Sequence record: ON470608.1
Reading direction: 5' to 3' (one strand)
Origin: Escherichia phage vB_EcoS-733R5
DNA length: 46,651 nt
The notes below the pieces were generated by a model. That model was not told the DNA's origin. It did not search any database and worked only from the letters and a program-made list of their open reading frames with translations. The translations under genes and the position numbers were made by a program. Shown piece after piece: positions 28,755 through 37,156 of this stretch. Position 1 is the stretch's first letter. Each line of letters opens with the position of its first letter.

Positions 28755-29098
28755 TGCTGCGGCTCCTTCAGTTCGTCGGCCTTATCTTTCAATGCTGGCT
28801 GGCGCACGTATTGCGAAAGCACCGCCAGTACCACCAGCGCCGGGCTAATCAGTGCAACGATGTTTGGCGGCAGGAGGTTTTTAATATCCGGCGGCAGCAT
28901 CGCCCAGGCGTGCAGCGCAGCATCCGGGAACGACTGCGCCCATACGCCAATCAGCGCGCCGATAGCTCCCAGCTTTACAGACCATGTTTTCAGCAGCAGG
29001 CTGGCATGGCCAACGAACTCCAGCCGGGTATATTTGCGCAGGAGTAACAGAACGAGCACAGCCACCAGCACGAGCAAAGCGAAAATGATCATCTTCAC
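28751..29098 (-). CDS. Lysis-cassette membrane protein
   Basis: 115 aa with several hydrophobic helices; ATGA overlaps with the endolysin and i-spanin genes. Confidence 0.45.
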   Translation of the reverse strand: MKMIIFALLVLVAVLVLLLLRKYTRLEFVGHASLLLKTWSVKLGAIGALIGVWAQSFPDAALHAWAMLPPDIKNLLPPNIVALISPALVVLAVLSQYVRQPALKDKADELKEPQQ

Positions 29099-29634
29099 AG
29101 GACACGCTCCTTAACCCAGCCGTAGAGAAAATCCTCGTTGGCTTCGCGGCCCTCAGCTAGTTCGAGATATCTGGCACCCTGGCTGCAGTTCAGCGCACGC
29201 AACAGAACCTGTTCACCCTCTTTCCCGCGGGCGGAAAGATATCCCTTAAGCGCAGTGATGGTTCGGGGGCCAATGGCTCCATCCGGGATAAGATCGGGAT
29301 AAAGCTTCCCGCGGACATTCATTGCCGTCAGCCAGCGCTGGAAAAACTTACTGGCAACCGATGGCCCCATGTTCACCCCAGTGTCGCAAAGCTCATCTGC
29401 CAGTAACGTAGACAAACTCGCCACCTGGTCGAACCGGGGGCCAGTCCAGTAATCGCTCAGCAGGATTTGCTTTGCTGTTTCCCTGGGCAGGTTTCGCATA
29501 TCACCGGTGTAGCCATGTGCGCGAGCTGTGGTTTGCGTGATGCCCCAGCGGGTTGGCCCTCCTTTATCAGAGGGGTGATCGACATAACCACCCTCTTTTC
29601 CGAGGATCCCCTCGATAATCTGGTCTGCTGTCAT
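29095..29634 (-). CDS. Endolysin (GH108-like N-terminus with a peptidoglycan-binding region)
   Basis: EGGYVDHPSDKGGPTRWGIT is the characteristic GH108 motif; follows the holin. Confidence 0.75.
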   Translation of the reverse strand: MTADQIIEGILGKEGGYVDHPSDKGGPTRWGITQTTARAHGYTGDMRNLPRETAKQILLSDYWTGPRFDQVASLSTLLADELCDTGVNMGPSVASKFFQRWLTAMNVRGKLYPDLIPDGAIGPRTITALKGYLSARGKEGEQVLLRALNCSQGARYLELAEGREANEDFLYGWVKERVL

Positions 29635-29942
29635 TGTGCTTTCACTCCGGTGATTCGTTCCCAGAAATACGTGAGCGCTACGGAACCCATAGCACCACTA
29701 ATACCGGCAGTAGCCAGTATCATGTAAATACTCAGGCCACCTTCAATGCTGATGAGCCCACCAATAACCCCGGTAAAAGCCGAAACCACAATCTGCGCAA
29801 AAGCATTTATCCAGCTCCATTTTGCTTTGCCCTGCTTCACATCCATCAGGAATCGGACAAGGCCGCCCCAGCCAGCAATGATCAGCAGAGCCAGCCAGGT
29901 GATTCCGGCCATGCTTTCTTTGTCTTGCATATGCTTTGCCAT
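29631..29942 (-). CDS. Holin with a dual-start motif
   Basis: 103 aa with transmembrane helices and an MAKHM N-terminus; first gene of the lysis cassette. Confidence 0.7.
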   Translation of the reverse strand: MAKHMQDKESMAGITWLALLIIAGWGGLVRFLMDVKQGKAKWSWINAFAQIVVSAFTGVIGGLISIEGGLSIYMILATAGISGAMGSVALTYFWERITGVKAQ

Positions 29943-30045
29943 AGGTTCACCTCCGGGTTAACGGGGTGCTGTGTGTTTGAAAGGGTCAGGCCCATCGGGC
30001 TGATTTAACAACGATCTTTATCGATGATGATTCCCGTGAGCCTGA

Positions 30046-30082
30046 AAAAAAGAAAGGCCACCCGTAGGCAGCCTTTGAATGC
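30046..30082 (-). terminator. Candidate late-leader terminator (tR'-like) upstream of the holin
   Basis: Minus strand AAAGGCTGCCTACGGGTGGCCTTT followed by CTTTTTTT. Confidence 0.4.
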
Positions 30083-30185
30083 TGTAAGCCTCTGCAAATT
30101 GAGGCCTAGGTATCGTTTTAAGTCCGTGGCATAGAAACCACTCTTAACATGCTACATAATAAAATGCGGACCGCGCAAAACTTTT

Positions 30186-30220
30186 TTGATAAATTAAAGG
30201 TCCACAGCATATTAAGGTTC
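30186..30220 (+). promoter_or_regulatory. Candidate sigma70 promoter for the cargo cassette
   Basis: ttgata, a 17-bp spacer, then atatta, about 35 bp upstream of the cassette SD. Confidence 0.35.
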
Positions 30221-30252
30221 AATTGTTAACTATTAGTGTACTAAGGAATGTT

Positions 30253-31194
30253 ATGACGAGTGCAGTTGCGGTAAAAAAACCCAAAAAACTACGAATTGGC
30301 TTCTATACGAGTAGTTCTGGAACCATTCGAAGCAACTCTGTTGCCAAAGCTGCGATCGATAGCCTTTACAGCACTTGCGTGAATGTAACTAACAATCATT
30401 TCGATACTACATATAAAAATAAAAAGTTGAAAATTGCGTTTATAAATAAAGACACTAATGCCAAATATTATTTTGGCTATATGTCTTGCTCAAGAGAAGA
30501 GTACCTCCTTCCTTATATTGGCGATGAGCACTGGAAAGAACACAACATCCCATTGGATGATAAAAAATACATTGTCGAGCGTACTTATTTTTTATATTAC
30601 TATGAAAGCGACATTTTGATCCTTACGCAAAACCATCTTGGTCCAAAGGAATCTGATCTCGCTTATCTTCTTTATAGCCAAAGTGGACAGCCTGGAAACA
30701 ATTTTTCTTTCCAAGCCATTTGGAAGAAAGAAAGTATTAAAGAACTTCTCGAAACAGGAAGTACACTTAGAAGCTGCGAACTTATCCTAGCTGCTCCACG
30801 AAACTTCGATGTGACTAATTATCAGTTAGATAGTTCTTTTTCGAAAGAACTATTAAATATGATGATTGGTCTTGGTGGTACGCATTTAAAAATCAATCTT
30901 AGAGGGAGAGCTTCTGGAAGAGTTAAAGTTAAAGGCTACCTTTCGGATGTGGTAAAAGATGGTATTAAAGAATTATTAGAAAAAATACCGAATATTGTCA
31001 AAAAAGCAGCAGTAACACAGCCAAAAAACACTGCTGAGCAGAGTCTGCTTGAACAGGTTCTCATCTCGGAAAAAAATATACATACCGTAAACGGCTATGG
31101 CACAGATAGCGATGTGCTCCAAGCGATGATTTCTGCTAAAATTGATAATAATGGTTACCTTATGCAGTACGACATAAGCATTAAGAAGGTATAG
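30253..31194 (+). CDS. Cargo protein A: soluble ~313-aa protein (possible RexA-like sensor)
   Basis: AT-rich gene antisense to the late operon; aggaa SD; N-terminal GFYTSSSG; Lys-rich; no confident family assignment. Confidence 0.55.
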   Translation: MTSAVAVKKPKKLRIGFYTSSSGTIRSNSVAKAAIDSLYSTCVNVTNNHFDTTYKNKKLKIAFINKDTNAKYYFGYMSCSREEYLLPYIGDEHWKEHNIPLDDKKYIVERTYFLYYYESDILILTQNHLGPKESDLAYLLYSQSGQPGNNFSFQAIWKKESIKELLETGSTLRSCELILAAPRNFDVTNYQLDSSFSKELLNMMIGLGGTHLKINLRGRASGRVKVKGYLSDVVKDGIKELLEKIPNIVKKAAVTQPKNTAEQSLLEQVLISEKNIHTVNGYGTDSDVLQAMISAKIDNNGYLMQYDISIKKV

Positions 31195-31197
31195 TTT

Positions 31198-31641
31198 ATG
31201 TTATTGAGATATATAGCAAATATAATAGGAAGCATTTTTTTGACATACTTGTTATTGAAGTATGTTCCTTTAATGCAACATAATGACATTCTCACATCAG
31301 CAGGGGTCATCTCTACTGTTTCAGGAATCTTGTTTGGTTTTGTGCTTGCTACTATTTCGATTTTCAGTGCAGCTAGCGCCAATTCAAATGGGGTCTTGAA
31401 AGCTTTAAAAAACAACAACATACTTCAAGGTATAGTAACTAATTTATTAGCTGCTGGAGCGACACTAATTACAGCATGCTTAATTTCACTTATTGCCATG
31501 TTTGCCAGCGAGCAATTAATTTACAATGACAAAAAAATAGAGTTCATATTCATCATTCAATCATTATCACTATTGATAGTAGCAATTATAATGTTTGGGT
31601 TTACTTGGCGTAAAATTAATTGGATTTTACCATATATTTAA
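31198..31641 (+). CDS. Cargo protein B: ~147-aa membrane protein with about four TM helices (possible RexB-like effector)
   Basis: Starts 3 nt after gene A with an aagaagg SD; four hydrophobic segments; followed by a terminator. Confidence 0.55.
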   Translation: MLLRYIANIIGSIFLTYLLLKYVPLMQHNDILTSAGVISTVSGILFGFVLATISIFSAASANSNGVLKALKNNNILQGIVTNLLAAGATLITACLISLIAMFASEQLIYNDKKIEFIFIIQSLSLLIVAIIMFGFTWRKINWILPYI

Positions 31642-31664
31642 AAGGGCGTCCGTGCCCTTTTTTT
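31642..31664 (+). terminator. Rho-independent terminator of the cargo cassette
   Basis: aagggcgtccgtgccc followed by ttttttt immediately after the gene B stop; it abuts the Q stop codon on the opposite strand. Confidence 0.7.
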
Positions 31665-32026
31665 CAATCCATATCTAATCGTACGTCTAACATAGACAAA
31701 CAACCATCTATGAAACCTTCAGCCATCTGTATTTCAATACGTATCAGCTTCTCGTCCTTCTTTCGCGCTTTAGCAATTTTCCGTTTCGAGATACCATATA
31801 GATAATGCGCAACCAACAGCGAATGCTCATAGGGCTTACGTTTTTGAAGACGCGCTAAGCATCCCTCAATAATAAGAGCGTCATCGTCAGTACATGATTG
31901 ACGGGATTTGCTTGTTGGGGGAAGAAGTCCTTTGAAACCAGCGGCTATTGATGAGTAATCGACTCCGGAACTATCATTCGCAGCCCATCCACCCCAACGC
32001 TCTAAAACTATCTGAATATCACGCAT
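31664..32026 (-). CDS. Late-gene antiterminator Q (phage 82 Q-like)
   Basis: MRDIQIVLERWGGWAA...SIAAGFKGLL...LLVAHYLYG...AEGFIDGCLSMLDVRLDMD resembles the phage 82/21-type Q proteins as recalled; ggaga SD; the last gene before the lysis region. Confidence 0.7.
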   Translation of the reverse strand: MRDIQIVLERWGGWAANDSSGVDYSSIAAGFKGLLPPTSKSRQSCTDDDALIIEGCLARLQKRKPYEHSLLVAHYLYGISKRKIAKARKKDEKLIRIEIQMAEGFIDGCLSMLDVRLDMD

Positions 32027-32040
32027 GTTTTCTCCACTGT

Positions 32041-33021
32041 TCATGCTAAGACGCCGATTGCCAGCGCACGATCCAGAAATCGAAACAGCAGCTCCAGCTG
32101 TGAGCCGTGCTTCTCCTCAAATGCCACGGTGTCAGCGTGCAACTCGTCGTGATGCGCTCTGCAAAGCGGCAACACAAACAGGTCATGCGCTTTTGTTCCC
32201 ATTCCACCTTGCCCGTGGCCTATCAGGTGATGGGGATCATCTGCTTGTTTGTTACAGCAGACACACGGCTGGGACTTAACCCAGCGCGTCCAGCTCTCGT
32301 TTACCCAGCGGCGGCGCTTTGGTCGCAGCATGAATGATTCCGGCGTTTCAGGATCTACGCGAAGACCGAGAATCTTTTTCTGCACCACTTCGCTCGCCGC
32401 TGGCTCCGGCACAATATCGCTCTCCTTCATCACCGGCTGATGCTTAATTTCCGGCAATCGCAGGGCTTTTCGGGCCAGCGATTCAGGGATGACGTGCGCC
32501 AGATTGTTTATAACCAGCCACCAGCACAACTCGGGGATCGTCAGTTGATGGTCTTCGTTGAACCCCAGCTGTGAGCGGATGACCGTTATCAGCCAGGATA
32601 CCAGGTTCTCACGCGCAATGCCTGCCAGCGTCTCTGTGTACTGATCACGCACCAGGTTATCGCAGGCCCAGCAAAGGCGGATGCTGCCAGGCTCATGCCG
32701 GAACAACGTAAAATTTTCGCTGTGCCATGAGCCGTGGGGATACTGGCATTCAAAACGACGCTCCAGCTCGGCCTCCAGCGAGCTGATACCACCCGCGCGT
32801 AGAATGACGTCTTTGTTTTCGAAGACTGGCTTCAAAACCGGGTCTTCTGCCAGTGGCTGCGTGGCGGGAGGGATGGCTCCGGTTGCGTAGTCGCTGTATT
32901 TTTCCGGTGCAGGCTCAATCAGTACCCGCCCTCTCCTGAACATCGGCATGAGATCAGCACCTGGGCGAAGAAGAACAACGCCCATGCGTGGGGCAATCTC
33001 AGGGGTTAGTAGTGCTCTCAT
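32041..33021 (-). CDS. HNH-motif protein (DUF968-like) in the nin-region position
   Basis: C-terminal CVCCNKQADDPHHL...LCRAHHDELH, a Cys/His-rich HNH-like motif; located between rusA and Q. Confidence 0.5.
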   Translation of the reverse strand: MRALLTPEIAPRMGVVLLRPGADLMPMFRRGRVLIEPAPEKYSDYATGAIPPATQPLAEDPVLKPVFENKDVILRAGGISSLEAELERRFECQYPHGSWHSENFTLFRHEPGSIRLCWACDNLVRDQYTETLAGIARENLVSWLITVIRSQLGFNEDHQLTIPELCWWLVINNLAHVIPESLARKALRLPEIKHQPVMKESDIVPEPAASEVVQKKILGLRVDPETPESFMLRPKRRRWVNESWTRWVKSQPCVCCNKQADDPHHLIGHGQGGMGTKAHDLFVLPLCRAHHDELHADTVAFEEKHGSQLELLFRFLDRALAIGVLA

Positions 33022-33033
33022 ATCATCTCCACG

Positions 33034-33411
33034 TCAGGCAACTGCACGAAAACGTCGGATGGTGATTTCTACTTTCCCTTTCTTCACGATGTTCCCCCAC
33101 TCCACCAGCATGCGCTTAACCTGACTGTCGTCTTCCCAGACGCCTGTTAGAGTCAGGGCATCGAACAGCGCTTTGTTGTAGTTATCGATATCCCGACGGC
33201 GCTGATCCGGCGGATACAACACTATATGAACCTCAGCCAGATCAGTGGATGGCCGGGGAACGGCCCGCAGTTGCTCAATAATCGCCGCTCTCGCTGCCTG
33301 CTGGAACTTGCGCCCTGTCTCGCTTACCAGATGCCTGCCTTTCAGCGGTCCCTTGCTCGGGGCGCGCCAGTAACTATTTACGCTCGGTGGAAATGGTAAA
33401 GTCAGTTTCAT
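33034..33411 (-). CDS. rusA: Holliday-junction resolvase RusA
   Basis: 125 aa; LPFPPSVNSYWR...RRRDIDNYNKALFDALT matches the RusA motifs as recalled. Confidence 0.8.
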   Translation of the reverse strand: MKLTLPFPPSVNSYWRAPSKGPLKGRHLVSETGRKFQQAARAAIIEQLRAVPRPSTDLAEVHIVLYPPDQRRRDIDNYNKALFDALTLTGVWEDDSQVKRMLVEWGNIVKKGKVEITIRRFRAVA

Positions 33412-33420
33412 TTAGCCCCC

Positions 33421-34230
33421 TTAAAGGATCGCTACAACGTCTTTTGCGACTTCCCGCGTACTGCTTTTGCAGGAGATCGAACGGCGCGCGTTGATGAATT
33501 GCAGGTTAAAACCATGTTCCCGGTACAGGTCGAGAACCTTCGGTGCAGATGAGTTTGAAATTACTACCCGAGCCCCACGGTGAAAGGCAGATACACATTG
33601 CTTCGCCAGGTCTACCTGGTTCTCCCAGTTAAAACCACCAGCGGCGTAGGCGGTGAATCCGGTTGTTCCCGGCATCGGTTCGTAAGGCGGATCGCAGTAA
33701 ACCACATCCCCTTTCCCGGCCAGGCTGATTGTCCGGCGGTAATCAGCGGTCATGAATACGCAGTTATGCGCCATATCCGCGAAGGCTTTCATCTCATCCA
33801 TCGGGTAATACGGGGCCTTGTAGCCTCCCCAGCCCACATTAAACTTGTTCGCCTGGTTGTAGCGCATCAGGCCATTGAAGCAATGCCGGTTGAGATACAG
33901 GAATGCAGCTGCGCGTTCAGTAGCATCCAGCGTCTGAGCGTTGAACTCGGAACGGATCAGTTCATAGCCATCTGGTGACCGCATGTGCTCAAACATCCAG
34001 CGGGCCTTTAATTCCACTTCATCCGGCACCACCGCTAACATCTGATACAGATTAATCAGGTCCGGATTAACGTCCGCCAGCAGGTAATCTGCGTGCTTTT
34101 CGCTGTTCAGGAATACCGACCCACCACCAACGAATGGCTCTATCAGGCGTTTGCCTGCCGGGATATGCACGAACAGGTCAGCCAGCTGGGTATACTTTCC
34201 ACCAGCCCATTTGAGAAATGGCTTGCTCAT
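33421..34230 (-). CDS. DNA adenine methyltransferase (Dam-like, N6-A MTase)
   Basis: FLKWAGGK (SAM binding) and DPPY catalytic motif; 269 aa; no adjacent restriction gene. Confidence 0.85.
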   Translation of the reverse strand: MSKPFLKWAGGKYTQLADLFVHIPAGKRLIEPFVGGGSVFLNSEKHADYLLADVNPDLINLYQMLAVVPDEVELKARWMFEHMRSPDGYELIRSEFNAQTLDATERAAAFLYLNRHCFNGLMRYNQANKFNVGWGGYKAPYYPMDEMKAFADMAHNCVFMTADYRRTISLAGKGDVVYCDPPYEPMPGTTGFTAYAAGGFNWENQVDLAKQCVSAFHRGARVVISNSSAPKVLDLYREHGFNLQFINARRSISCKSSTREVAKDVVAIL

Positions 34231-35210
34231 GTGCGGAACCCCGAGTTTTCTGGCAATGAGTAATCAACCCCGTCGAAACTGGCTCGCGAAATGGACGCCT
34301 CCTGGCGGGAGCTATTGAGTGGAGCAGATAGTTTTAACGACAGCTCATCCCATTTTTCCCGAAGCTTCGACGGGCTGAGTACGTTTTTACACCAGAACGA
34401 ATCTTTGTTGGCGCGCTTAAAAAGTGAGCAAATTTGTTTATGAGTTCTCCCGTCCTGCATCACCATCAGGCGAACCTCATTCGCCCATGCGGTCCAGTTT
34501 GGTTCTTTAGGGCGAACTACCTCTCCATCACTTTCAGCAGCCAGTTCGTACATGCTGATAATTTTTCCCCAAATGAACTCGGCGCAGGTTAAATCGTCCT
34601 GGCTGCCCCACTGCCGCTTTGCAGCGCTGTACACCACCGCGTCAGGATGTCGTGACAGAAATTCATCAGCAGAGCCCTGTTCGTCCGGTTGCGAAGCGTC
34701 CGGACAAGAAGGATTTATATCTGATGGATCAGTAGTTGATTTTACTGACGGATCCCCACCAGATTCTGACGGGTCAAAACTGGTTTTTTTGATGGATTCC
34801 GACGCCTCAAATTTTGAGGGGTCAATTTTTGACGCATCAGATTTTGACGCATCAGATTTTGACGTGTCAGATTTTGACGTGTCAGATTTTGATGTGTCAG
34901 AAACTGACAGGTGAGAAAATGCCGCTTTCTGTAGTTTGGAAACGTTGAGCTGGTAGACGTTCGATGCATTACGGTTGCCGTTGCGGCGCTGTGTGCGAGT
35001 GAGCCACCCCTCTTTCTCAAGTGCAGCTATCGCCGTTCTGACAGTACTTTCACCAGCGCCAATCTGACGGGATATGGTCGCAATAGAAGGCCAGCTAACA
35101 CCCTCATCGTTGCTGAAGTCAGCCAGGCGCGCCATGATTGCCACGCTGGATAGCTTCATCCCCGAAGATGCACAAGCGTCCCAGACGTATCCTGTTAATT
35201 TAGTGCTCAT
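34227..35210 (-). CDS. Replication initiation protein with internal iterons
   Basis: N-terminal winged-helix-like region, central SDTSK pentapeptide repeats encoded by 15-bp DNA repeats, and a C-terminal domain; lambda O-like organisation. Confidence 0.65.
   Translation of the reverse strand: MSTKLTGYVWDACASSGMKLSSVAIMARLADFSNDEGVSWPSIATISRQIGAGESTVRTAIAALEKEGWLTRTQRRNGNRNASNVYQLNVSKLQKAAFSHLSVSDTSKSDTSKSDTSKSDASKSDASKIDPSKFEASESIKKTSFDPSESGGDPSVKSTTDPSDINPSCPDASQPDEQGSADEFLSRHPDAVVYSAAKRQWGSQDDLTCAEFIWGKIISMYELAAESDGEVVRPKEPNWTAWANEVRLMVMQDGRTHKQICSLFKRANKDSFWCKNVLSPSKLREKWDELSLKLSAPLNSSRQEASISRASFDGVDYSLPENSGFRT
34801..34905. repeat. Iteron array (about seven tandem 15-bp repeats, gacgtgtcagatttt-type); candidate ori
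   Basis: Directly visible tandem repeats inside the replication initiator gene. Confidence 0.7.
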
Positions 35211-35219
35211 GATCGTCCT

Positions 35220-35555
35220 TTATTTCTCTGAATTTACGTCTGAATTGCTCGAGGGGGCTAAAGCATTCATGCTCGTACCCTTCACGCAGGTATATAACGC
35301 GCTGTGTCTGGGGCTCCCAGCGTATGACCCTGACCGGGACACCGTAGTGATCTCTGAACCATCGGTTGAGCTCTCGCATACTTTCTCCGCCTGGCCGTTA
35401 AAGTCCCCTACCACCCACTGAGCAAACTGGTAGCAGACAGGCTCGAACCCGCCTGGTACTCTTACCCCATACACGAACTGCACCGGTCCTGCTCCACCAG
35501 GAACTGGCCGCGCTACAAGTTGCGACCTGCGGTATTGTGTTGATAAACTGTTCAT
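35220..35555 (-). CDS. Hypothetical protein
   Basis: 111-aa ORF with a ggaga SD between the cII-like and replication genes; unusual composition. Confidence 0.3.
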   Translation of the reverse strand: MNSLSTQYRRSQLVARPVPGGAGPVQFVYGVRVPGGFEPVCYQFAQWVVGDFNGQAEKVCESSTDGSEITTVSRSGSYAGSPRHSALYTCVKGTSMNALAPSSNSDVNSEK

Positions 35556-35579
35556 GCGTTAGTAATCTCCACTGATAAC

Positions 35580-35628
35580 GACACGCCACGACGCCAGGAG
35601 CTGCAACTCGCTGGCGTCACTTCTTTTT
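35580..35628 (+). ncRNA. Candidate oop-like antisense RNA overlapping the 3' end of the cII-like gene
   Basis: Plus-strand hairpin GACGCCAG...CTGGCGTC followed by acttcttttt, with a possible promoter (ttgata/agtaat) about 50 nt upstream. Confidence 0.35.
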
Positions 35629-36078
35629 GCGTGAAAATAACGTGATAATTGCGGCAATCTCTTCTTCCCGAGCTGCCAGGTGGCGGCGGTGATGCACCAT
35701 GATTTCTTCGGCCTCATGCCTTTCAATAACGCCATCTTCAAGTGCCTGTTCGATAATCTGATCAACCTGCCCCCTGGCGGCAGAGGTACGCATTGCCCGG
35801 CTAAACAAGTCCACTCGGTCCAGTTCTTCCAGGTGCGGAACATCCACCAGCAGAGCACCACGGCGGCGAGCGAAGTAATCAGCCAGTAACGACGTATTGG
35901 AAATGTCCTCCATCGCTTCCAGCTCGCTGACTTCGAAGAAACGACAGCCGTTTTTCTCGTAAAGGTTGTTGTTAAACTGCGTCACCGTCATTCCCAGTGC
36001 GCCAGCCATTGCTTCGCGCCCACCTGGATATGCTTTGCACATCGCTTTGACGGCTTCTTTGAGGTTTGGCTCTACCAT
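35617..36078 (-). CDS. CII-like regulatory protein
   Basis: 153-aa ORF immediately downstream of cro in the early-right operon; the family assignment is tentative. Confidence 0.4.
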   Translation of the reverse strand: MVEPNLKEAVKAMCKAYPGGREAMAGALGMTVTQFNNNLYEKNGCRFFEVSELEAMEDISNTSLLADYFARRRGALLVDVPHLEELDRVDLFSRAMRTSAARGQVDQIIEQALEDGVIERHEAEEIMVHHRRHLAAREEEIAAIITLFSRKKK

Positions 36079-36103
36079 ATTGATTTTCCTTTTGTAGTTA
36101 CTT

Positions 36104-36301
36104 TCAAGCAGCTGAATCTGTAGCCTTTTGGTAAAGGCTGGCGTCGTACTTCAGCTTGCCTTTCGTAATTCGTTCGATGACGAATGCTTGTTTTTGAGGG
36201 ATGACTTCACCCCATCGGCAAACTGCCGGGTGGGAAATACCAAGAACACTTGCGGTTTTTGATACGCCTCCGAAGTGTTCGATAACTTCTGATTTACGCA
36301 T
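36104..36301 (-). CDS. Cro-like HTH repressor
   Basis: 65 aa with HTH (VSKTASVLGISHPAVCRW); divergent from the cI-like gene. Confidence 0.7.
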   Translation of the reverse strand: MRKSEVIEHFGGVSKTASVLGISHPAVCRWGEVIPQKQAFVIERITKGKLKYDASLYQKATDSAA

Positions 36302-36330
36302 GGTTCCTCCTGGTTAACTTACGCCTTAAA

Positions 36331-36397
36331 GGTAACAAAAGGTACATTAAATAGCAAACAACAGTTACAAGGATTCCATGTAACATTGGTTACATGA
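36331..36397. promoter_or_regulatory. Immunity operator region (OR-like)
   Basis: A GGTAACAAAAGGTACAT site at 36331..36348 and the perfect palindrome CATGTAACattgGTTACATG at 36378..36397 overlapping the cI start codon. Confidence 0.55.
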
Positions 36398-37053
36398 AAA
36401 CAGAGATGAAAGACCGAATAAGATCCCGTCGAGTCCAGCTCGACATAACACAGCAGACCCTAGCTAAACGCTTGGGGGTAAGCCGTGTTTCCGTAACAAA
36501 ATGGGAGAGCGGCACTACTAAACCTGATGGTGAGAATCTCCATCAGCTGGCGGTGGCGCTGCAGACAACTCCAGAATGGATTCTTTACGGTCGAGGTGAG
36601 GAAACGCCGGATGATACAAAAGTTATTCCGTTCCTTAAGCCACCCACGGCAGTTCCTATTATCTCCGCTGTTCAAGCTGGGATGTGGACTGATACTTATG
36701 CATGCTCAAGGCTTTCTGATGTGATTTCATGGACGCAAACCACTGCAAACGTTTCTAATGAAGCATTCGGACTGGTAGTTCGCGGGGAGTCTATGACTAA
36801 CCCTCATGGTCTGCCATCCATCCCAGAAGGATCGATCGTTATTGTTGAACCGCACTATGGTCAATTGGATGACCTTTACGGAAAAATTGTAGTGGCAATA
36901 CTCGACGGCTCTGCTGAAGCTACCGTTAAAAAGCTGGTATGGGATAGCCCTTTCGCATACTTGATGCCACTTAACCCTGCCTTTAAACCCATCCCGATAG
37001 ATGGTAATTGCCGGATTGTTGGTAAAGTGGTTCAGATTACCCAAAACATTTAA
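36394..37053 (+). CDS. CI-like repressor (HTH-XRE plus S24 LexA-like peptidase domain)
   Basis: N-terminal HTH (QQTLAKRLGVSRVSVTKWESG) and C-terminal S24 domain with Ser (RGESM) and Lys (VKKL). Confidence 0.85.
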   Translation: MKTEMKDRIRSRRVQLDITQQTLAKRLGVSRVSVTKWESGTTKPDGENLHQLAVALQTTPEWILYGRGEETPDDTKVIPFLKPPTAVPIISAVQAGMWTDTYACSRLSDVISWTQTTANVSNEAFGLVVRGESMTNPHGLPSIPEGSIVIVEPHYGQLDDLYGKIVVAILDGSAEATVKKLVWDSPFAYLMPLNPAFKPIPIDGNCRIVGKVVQITQNI

Positions 37054-37066
37054 GTTACTCATTTCT

Positions 37067-37095
37067 AAAGCCAGATCTCCTTCTGGCTTTTTTTT
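37067..37095 (+). terminator. Rho-independent terminator after the cI-like gene
   Basis: agccagatctccttctggct followed by tttttttt. Confidence 0.7.
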
Positions 37096-37102
37096 CAATC
37101 CT

Positions 37103-37156
37103 CAGGTAACAAAAAGTACATAGCTCTCTTGACCATATTGGTAACTAAAGGTACAT
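37103..37156. promoter_or_regulatory. Two further operator-like sites (OL-like)
   Basis: aggtaacaaaaagtacata and ggtaactaaaggtacattt repeat the 17-bp site seen near cro. Confidence 0.5.
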
